A stretch of 64,000 nt of DNA from Raja brachyura (taxonomy: Eukaryota), in assembly GCA_963514005.1 (NCBI GenBank), contig OY740802.1, positions 14,818,001-14,882,000 on the forward strand, given 5' to 3'. A program made the position numbers and the translations under genes. Position 1 is the first letter of the stretch. The number at the start of each line of letters is the position of its first letter. Of this stretch, positions 61,315 to 64,000 are shown in pieces. The notes under the pieces were generated by a model that saw only the letters and a list, made by a program, of their open reading frames with translations, was not told the origin of the DNA and ran no database searches.

Positions 61315-61572
61315 GTGTAGGAAGGAACTGCAGATGCTGGTTTAAATTGAAGATGGACTCAAAGCTGGAGTAACTCAGCCGATCAGACATTATTTCTGAA
61401 AAAAAGGAATAAGTGATGTTTTGGGATAAGACCCTTCTTCACTCTGAGTCGGGTTTTCCTTTCCACTGGCTCGGTCTGAAGAAGGGTCCCGACCCAAAAT
61501 GTCACCTATTCCTTTTCTCCAGAGATGCTGCCTGACCTGCTGAGTTACTCCATCTTTTTGCATCTATCTTCA
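61315..61572. mobile_element. Full-length palindromic family copy with a central spacer
   Basis: Both arms plus a spacer. The plus-strand motif ggt-CTGAAGA-A-GGGTC-cc-GACCC-AAAA-TG-TC-acc (61473-61506) shows stem I (GGT/ACC) and stem II but has G12 changed to A. Confidence 0.85.
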
Positions 61573-64000
61573 ACAAAAATTACCTAGCTGAAAGTGATAA
61601 TACTTAAAAGTTGAGTTTATTAAATATTCTAATTGTTATTACCATTGTACCTACTTGGAATGGTAATTGATGCTACACTACCTGCTAATTGAACAGTGGC
61701 GTTAGTCTGGACAATAGTTGGACTGCCCTGACCCTTGCTAAATGGGGCAATGGATCTTGTGTTTATCCAATAAGGCAGAAAAGTGTAAAGATATCTCAAA
61801 GCTTTTGCACTGCACAACATTGAAGATGATGTGCATAGTGCATTTTACTAAAGTCTGTTTAATCGCGACGAAAGACTGAAATTGTATAAACTACTTTTCC
61901 GAATGGGCCCAAATCGCTACTTGAGTCAGCAGCTCCTAAATGGAAACTTGTGTATTTAAGTCTCCATGGGGCTCTGTGGCAAGAAAACCCCTAGTGAAAC
62001 TAAGGCTGAGTGCTGAATGTACCAAGGCAATTGGGGGGAGGGGGGGGTGTCATGTACATCTGCTGCTTGGATTTGGTTGAATTCTGTTCTAAGATGTAAT
62101 GATATCTGAACCATGAATTGCAAGTCAGACACCTAACTGGTGGCGATGTAGTAATTCAGCTGCTATGTACATACTCTAGTTGTTCGAAAGCTACAACACT
62201 GGCCTGGGGCTTTATACAGTATGTCCTAATTATTTTCCATCAAAGGGTATGCTCTTCACAGTTGAAATATTTTGCCTGATCTGCACATTTTTTTTCGTTT
62301 TTACTTAAGATGATTCTAATGTGACTATGTTTGCAGGGGCTTTTCGACAACGGTTCTTAATTTGCACGATAAAAACTCAAATTGTGTCGCTACACCAGAC
62401 GTAGTGCATTTTATTTTAAACATGGTGGATTTCTCTGTTCCCTTGCTTCCTATTTGCTCCAACCCTAACTCAATAGGCCATGACTGTAATATGATTTTCA
62501 GGACCATTGCAGGAAAGTTCACTCTAGGTCAGCCGCATCTATACTCCCTTCATTTCACATACAATTTGGATTGCTTTTTTAAATCTAATCTTCAACAGTT
62601 TGAGTCCACATAAAGAACTGATAGAATTAGAACCTTGCAGGCTTGGTTGAATCGGTTTCAGGCCAATAATGGGAGATGTTGAAATGATGCATAGGTTTAA
62701 CTGACTTCCGGAATAATTTAAAACCTTAAAATTACTTGAACTCGCATGTTTTTGTACATTATAGCTCTGGGCTAATATAGGTATTGGATTTGATCATCTG
62801 ATTTTTGAGACCTAGCCTCAACCATTTTTATTTTTAACTGCTACACATGTACCAACACGTAGACTGCTTGCACTGATTCAGTTTGAGCATCATTTTGGAT
62901 GCAGCATTTAATGAAAGTAGATTTTCCCCACGGAGCAGGGTTTGGGTCCGCTGGTGTATCTAATTGAAATATAGGGGGGAGAGGTCATTGACAATTTTCC
63001 ACATGTTCTGCCTATGAAAATGTAATTAAAATCTGCAATTGCTATGCCTTATTGCAAAAGTTTTTGAGTTTTCAGATGAGTACCATTTTCATACTCATTT
63101 AAATCCTCAACAGAGCACCTCTTTCGAAAAAACCTAGTAACCCACACTTTTGTATCCGGCTGACTCCTGTCGTTCTGATGTGTGTCTTACTATTTAAACT
63201 TGTTTCTAGAAGTGTCATCTGGTGTGAAACATATTTTAAAAGGTTTCTGTGCAAGGAGTCCACCTTGTGTACATTTTGCCAATTGTTCTGGTGGGGTGTT
63301 AGCTAACAGATCTCTATTGTGGGGGCAATTACTTTGGGGATATCCACTACTGCGTAGCTCAGGAACTGTTTAGGATGTTAAAAAAAATGTATTATGAATA
63401 AAAATAAATTATTTTTCTACATAAACTTGTACTGTTCCCCATCAAATCCCAGAATCGTTTCACATTCTTAATTCTATTAAATGAATTGGGTTAATGTCTC
63501 TTTTTAAAATTAAAAAAAAAAAAAAAAAAAAAAATCTATTCATTAAATTTCTTTCTAAGTAAGAGTGTAATATTTGCATCCAATTTAAAACAGTGCAGTC
63601 GAATCTTATTTGAAGGGAAAATGTTTGTCATATTGCCACAAAATTTATGTGTGTACCAGCTATATTTTGACCCTGGCACATCTGGAGCTTTTGTAACCTT
63701 TATTAGAAATCTTAACCATTTTGTGGTGGTTGTTGATTTTACTTTTAAAATGCAACATCCATGTGTATGTTTTACCATGACTGGATTCCAATGAATCATC
63801 TATGTACTTGCTTCATATTGGAACTGAGGTTAAAGCCTTTTGTTCAAAAATGGCGATAAGTGTAAATAAGCTCTTCTAAGCTTTCCCTCTTTCTCCCCCC
63901 CCCCCCCCCCCCCCCCCCAGTCTAGTTCAGTCAATAAAACACCGATTCAAGCACTGGAACAACTAAACTTTATTTTTGGATAGCACAACAAATTACCCTA

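Overview
AT-rich vertebrate genomic DNA, inferred from its repeat families to be a cartilaginous fish, probably a skate or ray. It is not prokaryotic, so most short ORFs in the track are noise. The one protein-coding gene is a + strand ZNF217 orthologue with four coding exons (33372-35130, 44296-44421, 46932-48662, 55408-55514; about 1240 aa; all three coding introns phase 1). A 3'UTR intron follows, with a probable terminal UTR exon from 56477. The protein has 10 C2H2 fingers, including an N-terminal ZNF516/ZNF536/ZNF219-type pair absent from the 8-finger human ZNF217. The rest is intronic or intergenic and rich in transposons: a young 5'-truncated CR1 LINE with an uninterrupted RT frame, other CR1 and Rex1/Babar fragments, tRNA-derived HE1/V-SINE-like SINEs, a dead IR/DR-type Tc1 with a CR1 in its right TIR, a PIF/Harbinger-type MITE, a non-autonomous Helitron and a decayed Penelope-like element. 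The most striking unannotated signal is a family of about 16 short, mostly palindromic elements whose arms carry a minimal hammerhead-ribozyme motif (CTGAAGA-A-GGGTnnnnRCCC-GAAA-CG-TH). They appear to derive from the Penelope 3' repeat, and the copies with intact cores are all on the strand antisense to znf217. There is one assembly gap (41741-41889). All assignments were made by eye, without database searches.
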